This document shows, one piece after another, positions 36,880 through 48,300 of a stretch of DNA of 57,642 nucleotides. The translations under genes were made by a program, and so were the position numbers. The stretch comes from Hypanus sabinus (lineage: Eukaryota). Numbering within the stretch: the stretch's first letter is position 1; the number at the start of each line of letters is the position of its first letter. The notes below the pieces were generated by a model that made no database searches, was not told where the DNA came from, and saw only the letters and a program-made list of their open reading frames with translations. The stretch is from the NCBI RefSeq assembly GCF_030144855.1, contig NC_082734.1, positions 19,846,359-19,904,000 of the forward strand, in the 5' to 3' direction.

Positions 36880-39132
36880 AGGTTGAAAAGAAAGGTTAAG
36901 TGTTTGAGAGAGCCATGGTTTTCAAGGGATATTGGAAACTTGGTTTGGAAAAAGAGAGAGATCAATAAATATAGGCAGCATGGAGTAAATGAGGTGCTCG
37001 AGGAATATAAACAATGTAAAAAGAACAAACATGAGGAAATCTGCAGGTGCTGGAAATTCAAACAATAACACACATAAAATGCTGGTAGAACACTGCAGGC
37101 CAGGCAGCATCTATAGGGAGAAGTGCTGTCAACGTTTCGGGCCAAGGGTCCAAGGGTCTCGGCCCGAAACGTCGACAGCACTTCTCCCTATAGATGCTGC
37201 CTGGCCTGCTGTGTTCCACCAGCATTTTGAGTGTGTTAATGTAAAAAGAATCTTAAGAGAGAAATTAGAAAAGCTAATCAGGTTGCTTTGGCAAGTAAGG
37301 TAAAAATAAATCCAAAGGGTTTCTACAGTTATATTAATAGCAAATGGATAGTGAGAAATAAAATTGGTCCCTTAGAGAATCAGAGTGGACAGCTATGTGT
37401 GGAGCCAAAAGAGATGGGGGAGATATTGAACAATTTCTTTTCTTCGGTATTCACTAAGGAGAAGGATATTGAATTGTATAAGGTAAGGGAAACAAGTAGG
37501 GTAGTTATGGAAACTATGATGATTAAAGAAGATTAAAGAAGATTTAAAGAATATAAAAGTGGATAAGTCTGTGGGTCCTGACAGGATATTCCCTAGGACC
37601 TTGAGGAAAGTTAGTGTAGAAATAGCAAGGGCTCTGACAGAAATATTTAAAATGTCATTAGAAACGGGGATGGAGCCAGAAGATTGGCATATTGCGCATG
37701 TGGTTCCATTGTTTAAAAAGAGTTCTAAGAGTAAACCTAGCAATTATCGGCCAGTAAGTGTGACACCAGTGGTGAGTAAGTCAATGGAAAGTATTCTTAG
37801 AGATGGTATATATAATTATCTGGATAGACAGGGTCTGATTAGGAACAGTCAACATGGATTTGTGCATGGAATGTCATGTTTGACAAATCTTATTGAATTT
37901 TTTGAAGAGGTTACTAGGAAAGTTGACGAGGGTAAAGCAAAGGATGTGGTCTATATGGACTTCAGTAAGGCCTTTAACAAGGTTCTGCATGGAAGGTTAG
38001 TTAGGAAGGTTCAATTGTTAGGTATTAATATCGAAGTAGTAAAATGGATTCAACAGTGGCTGGATGGGAGATGCCAGAGAGTAGTGGTGGATAACTGTTT
38101 GTCAGGTTGGAGGCCGATGACTAGTGGTCTGCCTCAGGGATCTGTACTGGGTCCAATGTTGTTTGTCATATACATTAGTGATCTGAATGATGGGGTGGTA
38201 AATTGGATTAGTAAGTATGCAGATGATACTAAGATAGGTGGCATTGTGGATAATGAAGTAGGTTTTCAAAGCTTACAGAGAGATTTAGGCCAGTTAGAAG
38301 AGTGGGCTGAAAGATGGCAGATGGAGTTTAATGCTGATAAGTGTGAGGTGCTACATTTTGGTAGGAATAATCCAAATAGGACATACATGGTAAATGGTAG
38401 GGCATCGAAGAATGCAGTAGAACAGAGTGATTTAGGAATAATGGTGCATAGTTCCCTGAAGGTGGAATCTCATGTGGATAGTGTGGTGAAGAAAGCTTTT
38501 GGTATGCTGGCCTTTATAAATCAGAGCATTGAGTATAGGAGTTGGGATGTAATATTAAAATTGTTCAAGGCATTGGTGAGGCCAAATTTGGAGTATTGTG
38601 TACAGTTCTGTTCACCGAATTATAGGAAAGATGTCAACAAAATAGAGAGAGTACAGAGGAGATTTACTAGCATGTTACCTGGGTTTTAGCACCTAAGTTA
38701 CAGAGAAAGGTTAGACAAGTTAGGTCTTTATTCTCTGTAATGTAGAAGGTTGAGGGGGGACTTGATTGAGGTATTTAAAATTATGAGGGTGTTAAATAGA
38801 GTTGACGTGAATAGGCTTTTTCCATTGAGCGTAGGGGAGATTCAAACAAGAGGTCATGAGTTCAGAGTTAAGAGGCAAAAGTTTAGGGGTAACACAAGAG
38901 TGAACTTCTTTACTCAGAGAGTGTTAGCTGTGTGGAATGAGCTTCCAGTAGAAGTGGCAGGTTCGATTTTGTCATTTAAAAAAAAAATTGGATAGGTATA
39001 TGGACAGGAAAGGAATGGAGGGTTATGGGCTGAGTGCAGGTAAGTGGGACTAGGTGAGAGTAAGCGTTTGGCACAGACTAGAAGGGCCGAGATGGCCTGT
39101 TTCCGTGCTGTAATTGTTATATGGTTATATGG
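36880..39132 (+). mobile_element. CR1 LINE, young subfamily, with an open 376-codon RT segment (37559-38689)
   Basis: NYRPVS, YMDFSKAF, PQGSVLGP, KYADDTK; gttatatggttatatg tail. Confidence 0.92.
37026..37237. mobile_element. 212-bp fold-back element derived from a Penelope terminus, with 13-bp TSD
   Basis: Inverted arms 37067-37143 and 37161-37237 (72/77 match). TSD aatgtaaaaagaa at 37013-37025 and 37238-37250. Confidence 0.8.
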
Positions 39133-39169
39133 TATACTTCTAAACACACTTCATACCCAACACAGTGTC

Positions 39170-39750
39170 AGAAGGATGTACTGCTGTATAAGGCACTAGT
39201 GAGACCTCACTTAGAGAATTCCAAGCAGTTTTGAGCCCGTTATTTAAGAAAGGATGAGCTGACATTGGAGAGGGTTCAGAGGGGTTTCATGAAAATGTTT
39301 CCAAGAATGAAAGGCTTATGATATGAGCAGCATTCGAAGGCTCTGGGCCTCTACTCAGTGGAATTTGGGAGAATGAGTGGGGATCTTACTGAATGTTGAA
39401 AGGCCTAGAGTGGATGTGAACAGGAGATTTCCTTTGGTGGGAATGGGGGGGGCGGGTGGTTGGGTCTACTGCCAGAGGCACATCTTCAAAATAGAGGGAC
39501 GAGGGACATCCATTTAGAACAGAGATGAGGAGGAATTTCTTTAGCCAGAGGGTGGTGAATCCGTGGAATTCATTGCCGCAGGTGGCCATGGAGGCCTGGT
39601 CACTGGGTGCAGTTAAGGTGGAGGTTGATAGGTTCTTGATTAGTTGTGGCGTGAAAGATTACGGAGAGAAGGCAGCAGAATGGAGTTGAGGGGGGAAGTA
39701 GATCAGACTCAGTGGGGTGAATGGCCCAATTCTGCCCCTATGTCTTTTGG
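39170..39750 (+). mobile_element. CR1 3' fragment
   Basis: ...ttggagagggttcagagg...gagatgaggaggaatttctttagccagagggtggtgaat and the CR1 3' UTR. Confidence 0.75.
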
Positions 39751-40107
39751 TCTTATCTGTGCTACGCCACTCCTGGATCTAGATTGTTTGTTTGCCTCCT
39801 TTCTGGTTTTGCACCATCATCTTTGTCACTTAACTCCTCTTGGTCCTTCCCCTATCTCTGATATCCCCATGTAATCTTCCTTCAGGGTCATGTACTTGTT
39901 CCACCTGAACATCTGCCAGTTCACCTTACTAAGTGACAGCTGTCCATCACTACAGGCTGTGTCCAACACTGGCCAGTCCTGGTATGGGACTGGGCTGCTT
40001 ATTCATTTGGATAGTCTTTCTTGCCTGCACAATAGGTCAAGTTGAGTTGTTGGGTTCCTTTAATGCTACTCCCCAACTTATACACACTCCTTATTTCAAT
40101 TCACCAG

Positions 40108-40169
40108 GTTGGCCTCGCACTCTGCCCGCTCAGCGGGCATCAATGAATCCATGTGCAGCCCACAGAGAG
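40108..40169 (+). CDS. VJ-type inhibitory Ig receptor, exon 4 (membrane-proximal cytoplasmic)
   Basis: Acceptor ccttatttcaattcaccag|, donor GAG|gtaaga; 62 nt. Converts phase 1 to phase 0, exactly as needed to join exons 3 and 5. Encodes GWPRTLPAQRASMNPCAAHRE. Confidence 0.7.
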
Positions 40170-41083
40170 GTAAGAAAGACCCTTTTGTAACGGCGCGGTT
40201 TACATTTACATAGCATCTTTATCACAGGGATCAATAGTAACACAATCATAAAATATTTAAACTCTGGAGTGGGTAGCGTGGCTCATGAAGCCTGCACTCC
40301 TGTTCAGTCAGAAGCTGATCCATTTTGGCGGTTGTTACTTGAACTCTGTTTGTGTCTAAAGATTTAATTATCTCTGCCATTATCCCGGAGATTTCCAGCC
40401 GCTACACAGGGAGATTTCTTCTCATCTCCCAACTTGGGTTCTTGTTTTTTTGTTCAATGCATCTACTTTTAGTATGCCTTCACATAGAGATTGCAGAAAG
40501 AAAGTTTATTTATTATACAGTGCAGAGTAGGCCTTTACAGAGCTTCGAGCCCCCTGACCAGTAGGTCTTTGGGCTGTGGTAGGAAATCAGAGCAGTCGGG
40601 AAGAAACCCACACAGTCACGAGAACGTACCAACAGGCAGCAGCGGGAGTTGAACCCGGGTCGCCTGCACAGTAAAGTTGTGTGCTAACCACTATGCTACC
40701 ATGCCACCATGGTTCATTTCTCTGTGGGAGATAGCCTTGCTCTTGCCAGTTCACTTTTGTTGTAGATTGGCTGTGGATTCGAGAGACACCCTTGGGATAG
40801 CCAGTTTATAATTCATACATTTACAGTAATAAAGCCATTGCATTTTAATTTTAAATAGTTATGTCTGTTTTTCTATTTCAGTGGTTCTATCATGTTTCTA
40901 TTAGTAATCAGTAGCAAGAGGAGGACATGAAACTTTGTGTTTTCTCCACTAGTTAGGAACGTTGTGTTAGTGTTCCATCTACCTCAGCTCCCTTCCCTTT
41001 GACCCTGAGTAAAGAAAGGCTGATGATCAAACGAGTGGGCGTATAGTCCCTAGACCTAATAGCCTTATTTTCCTGTGTCTAAT

Positions 41084-41260
41084 ACACAAAATGCTGGAGG
41101 AACTCAGCAGGCCAGGCAGCAGCTATGGAAAAGAGTATGGTCAACTTTTCAGGCCAAGACCTCTTGCCAGTCCTGCCGAAGGGTTTCAGCCCAAAATCTC
41201 AGCTGTACTCTTTTCCGTGGATGCTGCCTGGCCTGCTGAGCTCCTCCAGCATTTCCTGTG
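41084..41260. mobile_element. Fold-back Penelope-terminus-derived element
   Basis: Inverted arms ~41084-41137 and ~41206-41260 (acacaaaatgctggaggaactcagcaggccaggcagca / tgctgcctggcctgctgagctcctccagcattt). Confidence 0.7.
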
Positions 41261-41337
41261 CGTGCTGCTTGGATTTCCAGCATCTGGAGATTTTCTCTTG
41301 TTTGTGTCCATTAATGCTTATCTGCCTCTCTGACCAG

Positions 41338-41454
41338 AACCCTGCCGAGGACGAGATCCATTATGCTTCCATGAGTTTATCTCCTGCAGTGAATCGGAAG
41401 GATAGAGTGGTGTGTAACATGGTGTACGCCGAGGTCAGGCAGGACCATCTCTGA
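41338..41454 (+). CDS. VJ-type inhibitory Ig receptor, exon 5 (ITIM-like tail, stop)
   Basis: Acceptor tctgcctctctgaccag|, phase 0. Encodes NPAEDEIHYASMSLSPAVNRKDRVVCNMVYAEVRQDHL*. Confidence 0.85.
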   Translation, partial: NPAEDEIHYASMSLSPAVNRKDRVVCNMVYAEVRQDHL

Positions 41455-42199
41455 AGGAGGCCGGTGCCCCATTGGCTGAAGACAATCACAGCTATTGTTG
41501 CTTACAAACGGTGGTAACGTCTTCGTGATAGAGGTTAGAGCGATGCTTTGTAGGGTTTATTTATGGCTGAAGATGCCTTTTGCTTCTGCTCAAAAGTTAA
41601 GCCAGACAAGGAACCAGAAAACTCGTCAGAAACTAGATGTATTTATTCCAACTAAAGGCTGCCTCGGTTGCCCAATGGAGGTTACAACCAACGTTGCTAA
41701 CAGATGCCAGCTGAACAGAAAATATATACTGTGTTGTCTTTTAGTTTTCATCATCTGCCCCACAGTTCATACGTTCGCACAACACAGGCCATTCAGCCCC
41801 TAGAGTCTTTGCCAGCTTTCCGACCAACCCATTCTTCTCAACTCAGTAACTTCTCACCTGCACGGGTGCAGTTTCCAGCGGGCAAAGCTGGCACTCAGCA
41901 GTGTTCTGAGATGTGGGAAGAAACTGAAGCAGGTGGGGGGAACCGGGTACATGCAAACTCTACAGAACAGTAACTGAGGTCAGGATCACTACTGCCACCC
42001 AATAGTGCAGAAGAAACCATTACCTTGCAGACTTAAGGAAATGGAAGATGGTTAGCCTAGTAATCAAATTACTCCAGAGAAAGGAAAAGATCTCTAGTCA
42101 GGTCAGTCACTAGGTGAACTGATTCATTCAGCTCAGCAAGGTTTCTGGTTTCATGCCCAGTCTGGGTGCCTCCCTCCCCTTACATCCCACTGTCCCCAG

Positions 42200-43030
42200 G
42201 CTAGTGAATAGATGATCAGCCAATAATGATTCTCGATTGACGGTAAGACATAGAGCAGAAGCAGGCCACTTGGCCCATTGAGTCTGCTCCACCATTTCAC
42301 CATGGCTGATTGGGTGTCCATCTGGACCCCATTTTCCTGCCTTTTGCCTGTAACCTTTGATGCACGGAGTAACCAAGAACATATCAACCTCCACTTCAAA
42401 TAGATTCAATGACCCGGCCTCCACAGCCGTTTGTGGCAATGAATTTCACAGATTCATCAACCTCTGGCTAATGGAATTCCTCCTCATCTGTTCGAAATGA
42501 TGTCCCTCTATTCTGAGGCTGTGCCCTCTAGTCCTAAACTCCCCCGCTAGAGGAAACTTTCTCTCCACATCCACTCTATCTAGGCCTTTCAATAGTCCAT
42601 AGGTTTCAAATGAAAGATTCTCCTTCATTCTTCTAAACTCCAGTGAGATCAGGCCCAGAGCCATCAAACACTCCTGATACATTAACCCTTTTATTCTCAG
42701 AATCATTCCCATGAATCTCCTCTGGACCCTCTCCAATGCCAGCACACCTTTTCTTAGATAAGGGGTTGAAAACTTCTCTCAGTACTCCAAATGCGATCTA
42801 ACCAATGTCTTATAAAGCCTCAGAATCACAGCCTTGCTCTTATATTCTAGTTCTCTTGAAATGAATGCTAATATTGCATTTACCTTCCCTTCCAACGACT
42901 CAACGTGCAAGTTAACCTTTAGGGAATCCTGCATAAGGATTCCCAAGTCCCTTTGCAGCTCTGATTTTTGAATTGTCTCCCTATTTAGAAAATAGTCTAT
43001 GCTTTTATTCCTTCTATCAAAGTGTATGAT
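42200..43030 (-). mobile_element. CR1 3' fragment
   Basis: ELQRDLGILMQDSLKV, LALERVQRRF, LKGLDRVDVER. Confidence 0.85.
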
Positions 43031-43652
43031 CATACACCTGCCTCTTCTTTGCCCATTCTCCCGATCCATCCGAGTCCTTCTGCATACTCCCCGTCTCCTC
43101 AGCACCACCTGCTCCTCCACCACCTACCTTTGTATCATTTGCCCAGCCACTCCCCTGAAAGGTGTTTTGCTGCCGTTAACAGTGCTGGAAATGGACCGTA
43201 CTCAAATACTTCGGGGCCCAATACTGTTTGAGAACAACCTTTATTGAGGACAAGACCAGTGCCTTGTGGAGTCCAGAATTAGGATGCAGAGCTCATTGTT
43301 CCATTTTCCTCTCAGGTGGGTCAATCGATACAAATGATACTTCCATCCATGTGGGCAGTTAGCAGAAAATCTGCCCTAATCCCTTCACTGGTCAGTGAAT
43401 TCAAAGCTTGTTGATAAATGCCCACAGAACAAGGAATGGGTCTGGGAATCTAAAATGTGTCTGAAAAGGGCTTTTCCTCTGGGTTTTTAAAAGTTACTCG
43501 TGCAAACCCAAGGAATTTATCTATATAGTTTGTAACTGTTCAGAAGTATTTTGGTTAATGTTTTTCATGTAAAAGAGGGCATCATTATTGGAGTTTAGCC
43601 AGATGTACAGTACAATGAGACTTGTGTTTTCTTATGAGAAAAGTAAACATAA

Positions 43653-43658
43653 AATAAA
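43653..43658 (+). terminator. Candidate poly(A) signal of the receptor gene
   Basis: First AATAAA I noticed downstream of the stop, about 2.2 kb away. Not otherwise supported. Confidence 0.15.
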
Positions 43659-45241
43659 ATAAGATATACTACATGGACTCTTTGGCCGTCTTGTTGCTGA
43701 TTGTGCTGGAGTGAGGTGGTAGACAATGGCCAGTCCTACATCATCTGTGTTTTCATCTGGTCAGATCCAGCTGGACAGTCCTACACGGTCAGCAATGAAG
43801 AAGTGCCTCCTTTCTGGATGTAACATGGAGTGTGGAGCATTTCACATTGACCTAGATCCTTGTGGAAAGTATCGTAAAGGAGAGCAAATGTACACAAAGT
43901 AATTCACAGCATGGCAGAATGTGCACTATTCCATAGCCACAGTGTTCTCCTCCAAGTTTAACAGCCGGTTTGCAGCACATCCCTGAGACTTCCTTTCATG
44001 ACGTCTGAAAAAGACCAAATAAATACCTTTTACGACAAGCATGCACCAATCTCAGATCACACTGACAATTCAGCTAAGAACATAAGAGATGAGTCCTTGA
44101 GTAGCTTCCTAACTTCACCACTCTTACTCCCCATTCAATAAGATGGTGGAACCTCTACCTCAACGTCAAAACAAAACTGGATAAAATAGGAATTGTTGGA
44201 AATATTCAGCAGGCCAGTCAGCATCAATAGAAAGGAAACAGCACGCCATGGAGCGTAGCGGCTGGCGCAGCGCCTTACAGTGACAGGGTTCAATTCCCAC
44301 CACTGCCTGTGAGAAGTTTGTGCATTCTCCCTGTGGCCGTGTGGGTCTCCTCCAGGTGCTCTGGTTTCCTCCCACAGTCCAAAGATGTGTAGGTTAGGGT
44401 TAGTCTGTTCAAAGTAAATTTATTATCAAAGTACACCATTTAAGAGCCTCTCAGACTGGCAAAGGATTATGCAGACTGGGTGAATATGGATAGTTTACAA
44501 ATACTGGAAGGTCTGGATAGAGTTGACAAGGTTTCCAGTAGTGGGAGACTCAAGGGAGACCCTTTAGAACAGAAACGAGGTGGAATTTCTTTACCTGGAG
44601 GGTGGTGAATCTGTGGAATTCATTGCCACAGTGACTGTGGAGGCGAAGCCATTGGACATATTTAAAGTAGCGCTAGATAGGTTCTTGGTTAAAAAGGGTG
44701 TCAGGTTACAGGGAGAAGGTAGAGAACAGTTAGAGAGGGATAAGTACATCAGTCATTACTGAATGGCAGAGCAGATTTAGTAGGCTGAATGGCCTAGGTC
44801 CATTCCCATGACTTATAGACCATGTGCACACAGATGGGACTAGGCATCATCAGCACTGGAGTGAAGTCCTGTATTTCCGATGTACTGTTCTATGTTTTAT
44901 GTTTTATTTTCAAAGAAACAGCAGTGGGACACTTGGCCCCTCAAAACTGCTGTACCTTCTAGTAAGATCATTGCTGACCTAGCTCACCTTAATGACTTAA
45001 CCCTATTTCCCTCAACCCCTCAAATAAACAAAGATCTATTGACCTCTGTTCTGAATATAATCAATGACAAATCCTCTATGAATGAGGAAAGAGATTTCTC
45101 TTCATTTCAGTCCTAAACTGCCTCCCCATTAATTTGAGATTGTGACTCCTGATCCTAGAGTTCTTAATGGAGGGAAACATTATTGTGGTAAAGCCCTCCA
45201 TATCTCAGTGCAATCATCTCTCCATTGCCTAACCTCTAGAG

Positions 45242-45320
45242 CAACAGTTCCCAATCTTCCTATGCCACAGACCCCTACCATTAGCCGAGGTATTAATGGA
45301 CCCCAGGTTGGGAACCCCTA
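45242..45320. mobile_element. hAT-type MITE, 79 bp
   Basis: Ends ...gttcccaa / ttgggaacccc... Flanked by an 8-bp near-duplication, ctctagag (45234-45241) and ctctggag (45321-45328). A related fragment lies at ~8073-8140. Confidence 0.6.
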
Positions 45321-48300
45321 CTCTGGAGAATAGCCCCAGGCCTCTCAAGCTGTCCTCACATGACCTATTATCTTCCCTCAGACAAGAATTCAACTGGAAA
45401 ATCAGAGGAGCAGTGTGGGAGTGAAGAGAAGAAAATGGGCAGAAATAAATGAACCGTTTGTCACTGTTACAACCCAGACTGTTCAATTCTAACTGAAGCC
45501 TGACAGTGACAATTCAGAGGGGCCTGTTGACTCTCTAGAAACTGTGGGACAGTTCAGACACTTCAGGCTCTGAGGTGTGGGTAATATTGGCACACATATT
45601 TAGAAACTTAAGAACCAATGTCCAGAGAGACCTCAATCTACATGGAATTCACCCCATCCCAACCTTCCACAGACACTCCCCCCGCATAGAAAACCTCCAG
45701 CGTTTATAAACTAGCTTCCCCATTTCTGAGAGGAGGAGAAGAACACAAACAGATTCACTGATGAACAGGAATACTTACTGGGCTCAAACGGCAGGATCTG
45801 AGCTAACAAACGAATCCAGCTCACCTTCCTGGGCAGGCCTGTCATCTGCTAAAAAAAAGATTTGAGTCCGATTTTAATTGAAGCTGCAAGGAACATTGGA
45901 AGGAAGTTTCGAAAGGGCAGTGGAGAGATGGAAGGAAGCCAGTGCACCCTACTTGGGTTCCTAGAAGTCCCAGAGGATTTTGCCAGGCATGTGACTTACA
46001 TTGGAGTTTGAGGTAGGTAGACACTTTCTGGAGCTTTGACTAGGTGGAGTTGACAAAATATTCCCAGCTTCCTGCATTGTCGGATAAACCCTGTATTCAG
46101 ACCATCCATGGTCTTGGATCTGCTCCCTCAATAAGAAACAGAGATGTCTGTGGCATCCTCAGACTTGGGTACAAAGTGCAAGCAAGGCATCTCCTAACAC
46201 TTGGAATTGTTGGGATATCAACTCCAGCGATGTACAGGCAGCACAGAAGAGGCTAATGCTGCTATTCATGGTCCTCCCGTGGGATTTCACTCAATTCTAC
46301 CACAGCAGCTATCAATTTCTGACTCCCTTAGGTGCCGCTTCGAGCTTCCCCTACTGGCCACATCAGTTGCTTCACTCACTCCCTTTGATGGGCTGTCTAC
46401 CTTCCCCATCAGTCTCCAGGTGGCAGAGCTTCTCCTGCGCCCTCCATCAGTACCTGAGAAACTCGATGGCACAGGAAGAGCCCATTCATCTCATTGCATC
46501 GTCACTGGTGAAAAGAGTTGCTCTCTGGAGTGAATTTACAAGCACCACCATCCAATGGAAAAAGCCATTCTTCATCTCCCCACTGATATCTCCACAATCA
46601 CTTAGAGCCGTTATCTCTTGGTTTTGGCCCAGTTAAAGGAAATATTTAATCTTACTAGGCCCCTCTTAACTTTATTCACCTCAGTTCTGCCGCCTGCGTG
46701 GGATGACAAGTCTATCAGAACCCTGAGGACTTGTGGAAACTATGTGGTGGTTTCTTTCGAATTTATAGTCTTTTAACATCTTTGTCCCTCATCCAATCTT
46801 TCCCTACAGTGCAGGCAATATCCTCATGAATCTACTCTGCACCATCTCCAGTGTAATTATACTTTTCCCATAGTCTGACTAATACTGTTAATTGTGTCAC
46901 ATGCCATTCTGCCTATCAAGATTATACTGGCTCTCAGAGCAAACTGATTCAGCAATATTGTATCTCTTGGAAACAATGCTCCCTGGTGCACCCATGATGT
47001 CTACCTTTATTGCCCTTTCAGCCACCTAGATGAGGGACACTTAAAGTAACTTGCTAACCTATCAACCTGCACGACTTTGGGATGAGGGAGGAGACCAGAG
47101 CAGCTGGGGGAAAGACACGGTCACAGGAAGAGCATGCAAACTCCACACAGACAGCACCAGACGTTGGGCCTGAAACGGTGAGGCAGCAGCACTACCTGCT
47201 GTACTAGCGCATCTCTCACATAAATTCCCCGCTCTTACATTCAACGTCTCCATCAAGAAAGGGCAGAACAGGGTTCTGTGTGTCTGGTAAACCACCACGT
47301 TGACCTGTCCTGACACCTTCAGGGATCTGTGGTGTGCATTCCAAGATGCCCCTGTCGATGCACAGCACCCAATATCCTCCCATTTATTATATCATTACAA
47401 TTTATTTTCAATCCCCAACAGTTCAAGGCCCCTAACTTTTCATAATCCACGTCAATGATTTCATCTCTTATTCCGGACATCTTTAAGCACAGTTCTGTGC
47501 AAACATCTTGGGCACACACATATAGCTAGGGCACCCAAGACTTTTGCACAGTCCTGTGGTAATTTTATGTGTTGCACTGTACAGCTGCTGCAAAAAAAAT
47601 CATGACGTTTGAGTGATGATAACCCTGATTCTGGTATGAGTCTCTATTGTGGACTGAGAGTGGGAAAGGGGCAGGGAGAGGGAAATCTTGGTTTGGAGAG
47701 GGGAGGGAGCAAGAAGCACCAGAGAGACATTCTGTAATGATCAATAATCCAATTGTTCAGAATCAAATGACCTTGCCTGGTGTCTCAGGGATGGGTGTGT
47801 CTGCCCCTGCCCCTGGCACTCCTTCTCTGCCACCCGATCGACACCCCTCCTGCGGCGCTCCATCACCATTCCCAACATCCTTTGCTTCTACTAGAGATTC
47901 AAGCTTGCTCTCTGCTCCCAGTTGACAAATATAGAAATGTGTAAAAGTCTTAAGCATCTTAGCTACATCTACTGTATGTGCCAAAGACTTTTGCACAGTA
48001 TTGTAGTTTACAATTCACTCAGAGATCCATTGAGTGGATGATAGTGGCGAAGAAGCTGAAGACCAAAGGGAACATATCAACAGGGTGAGCAACCATAACT
48101 CAATCTGGAGAAGGTGAGGAAATGCATCTCAAGAGAGCAAGGTGGTGAGGGAATGGAGACTAACAGTACTGTAGGTGAGCCTAGGGGTCTGGCACCGTAT
48201 GGTCACAGGGAGAGGGAGTAGTTTTCTTTAACACTCAAGGTTCAGGCAGTCAGGCTGGAGCTGCAGAAGACACCAGTTGGGTCAAGTCATTTGCATAGTA

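Noticed and set aside
8907-41454. Calling the receptor PD-1 (PDCD1)
   Set aside because: The five-exon layout and DxGTYLC are similar, but there is no TxYxxI ITSM (TEYATI-like) and the domain has an FGxG J motif. The layout is shared by many IgSF inhibitory receptors.
8907-41454. Calling it CD8, CD28/CTLA-4, CD79 or NKp30
   Set aside because: No cytoplasmic CxC/CxH Lck motif, no MYPPPY-like loop, no ITAM spacing, and no charged TM residue.
46200-46640. ORFs of 110-126 aa in non-obvious sequence
   Set aside because: No splice or domain support. The - strand weakly resembles a decayed LINE C-terminus (WLFPL..G), too weak to call.
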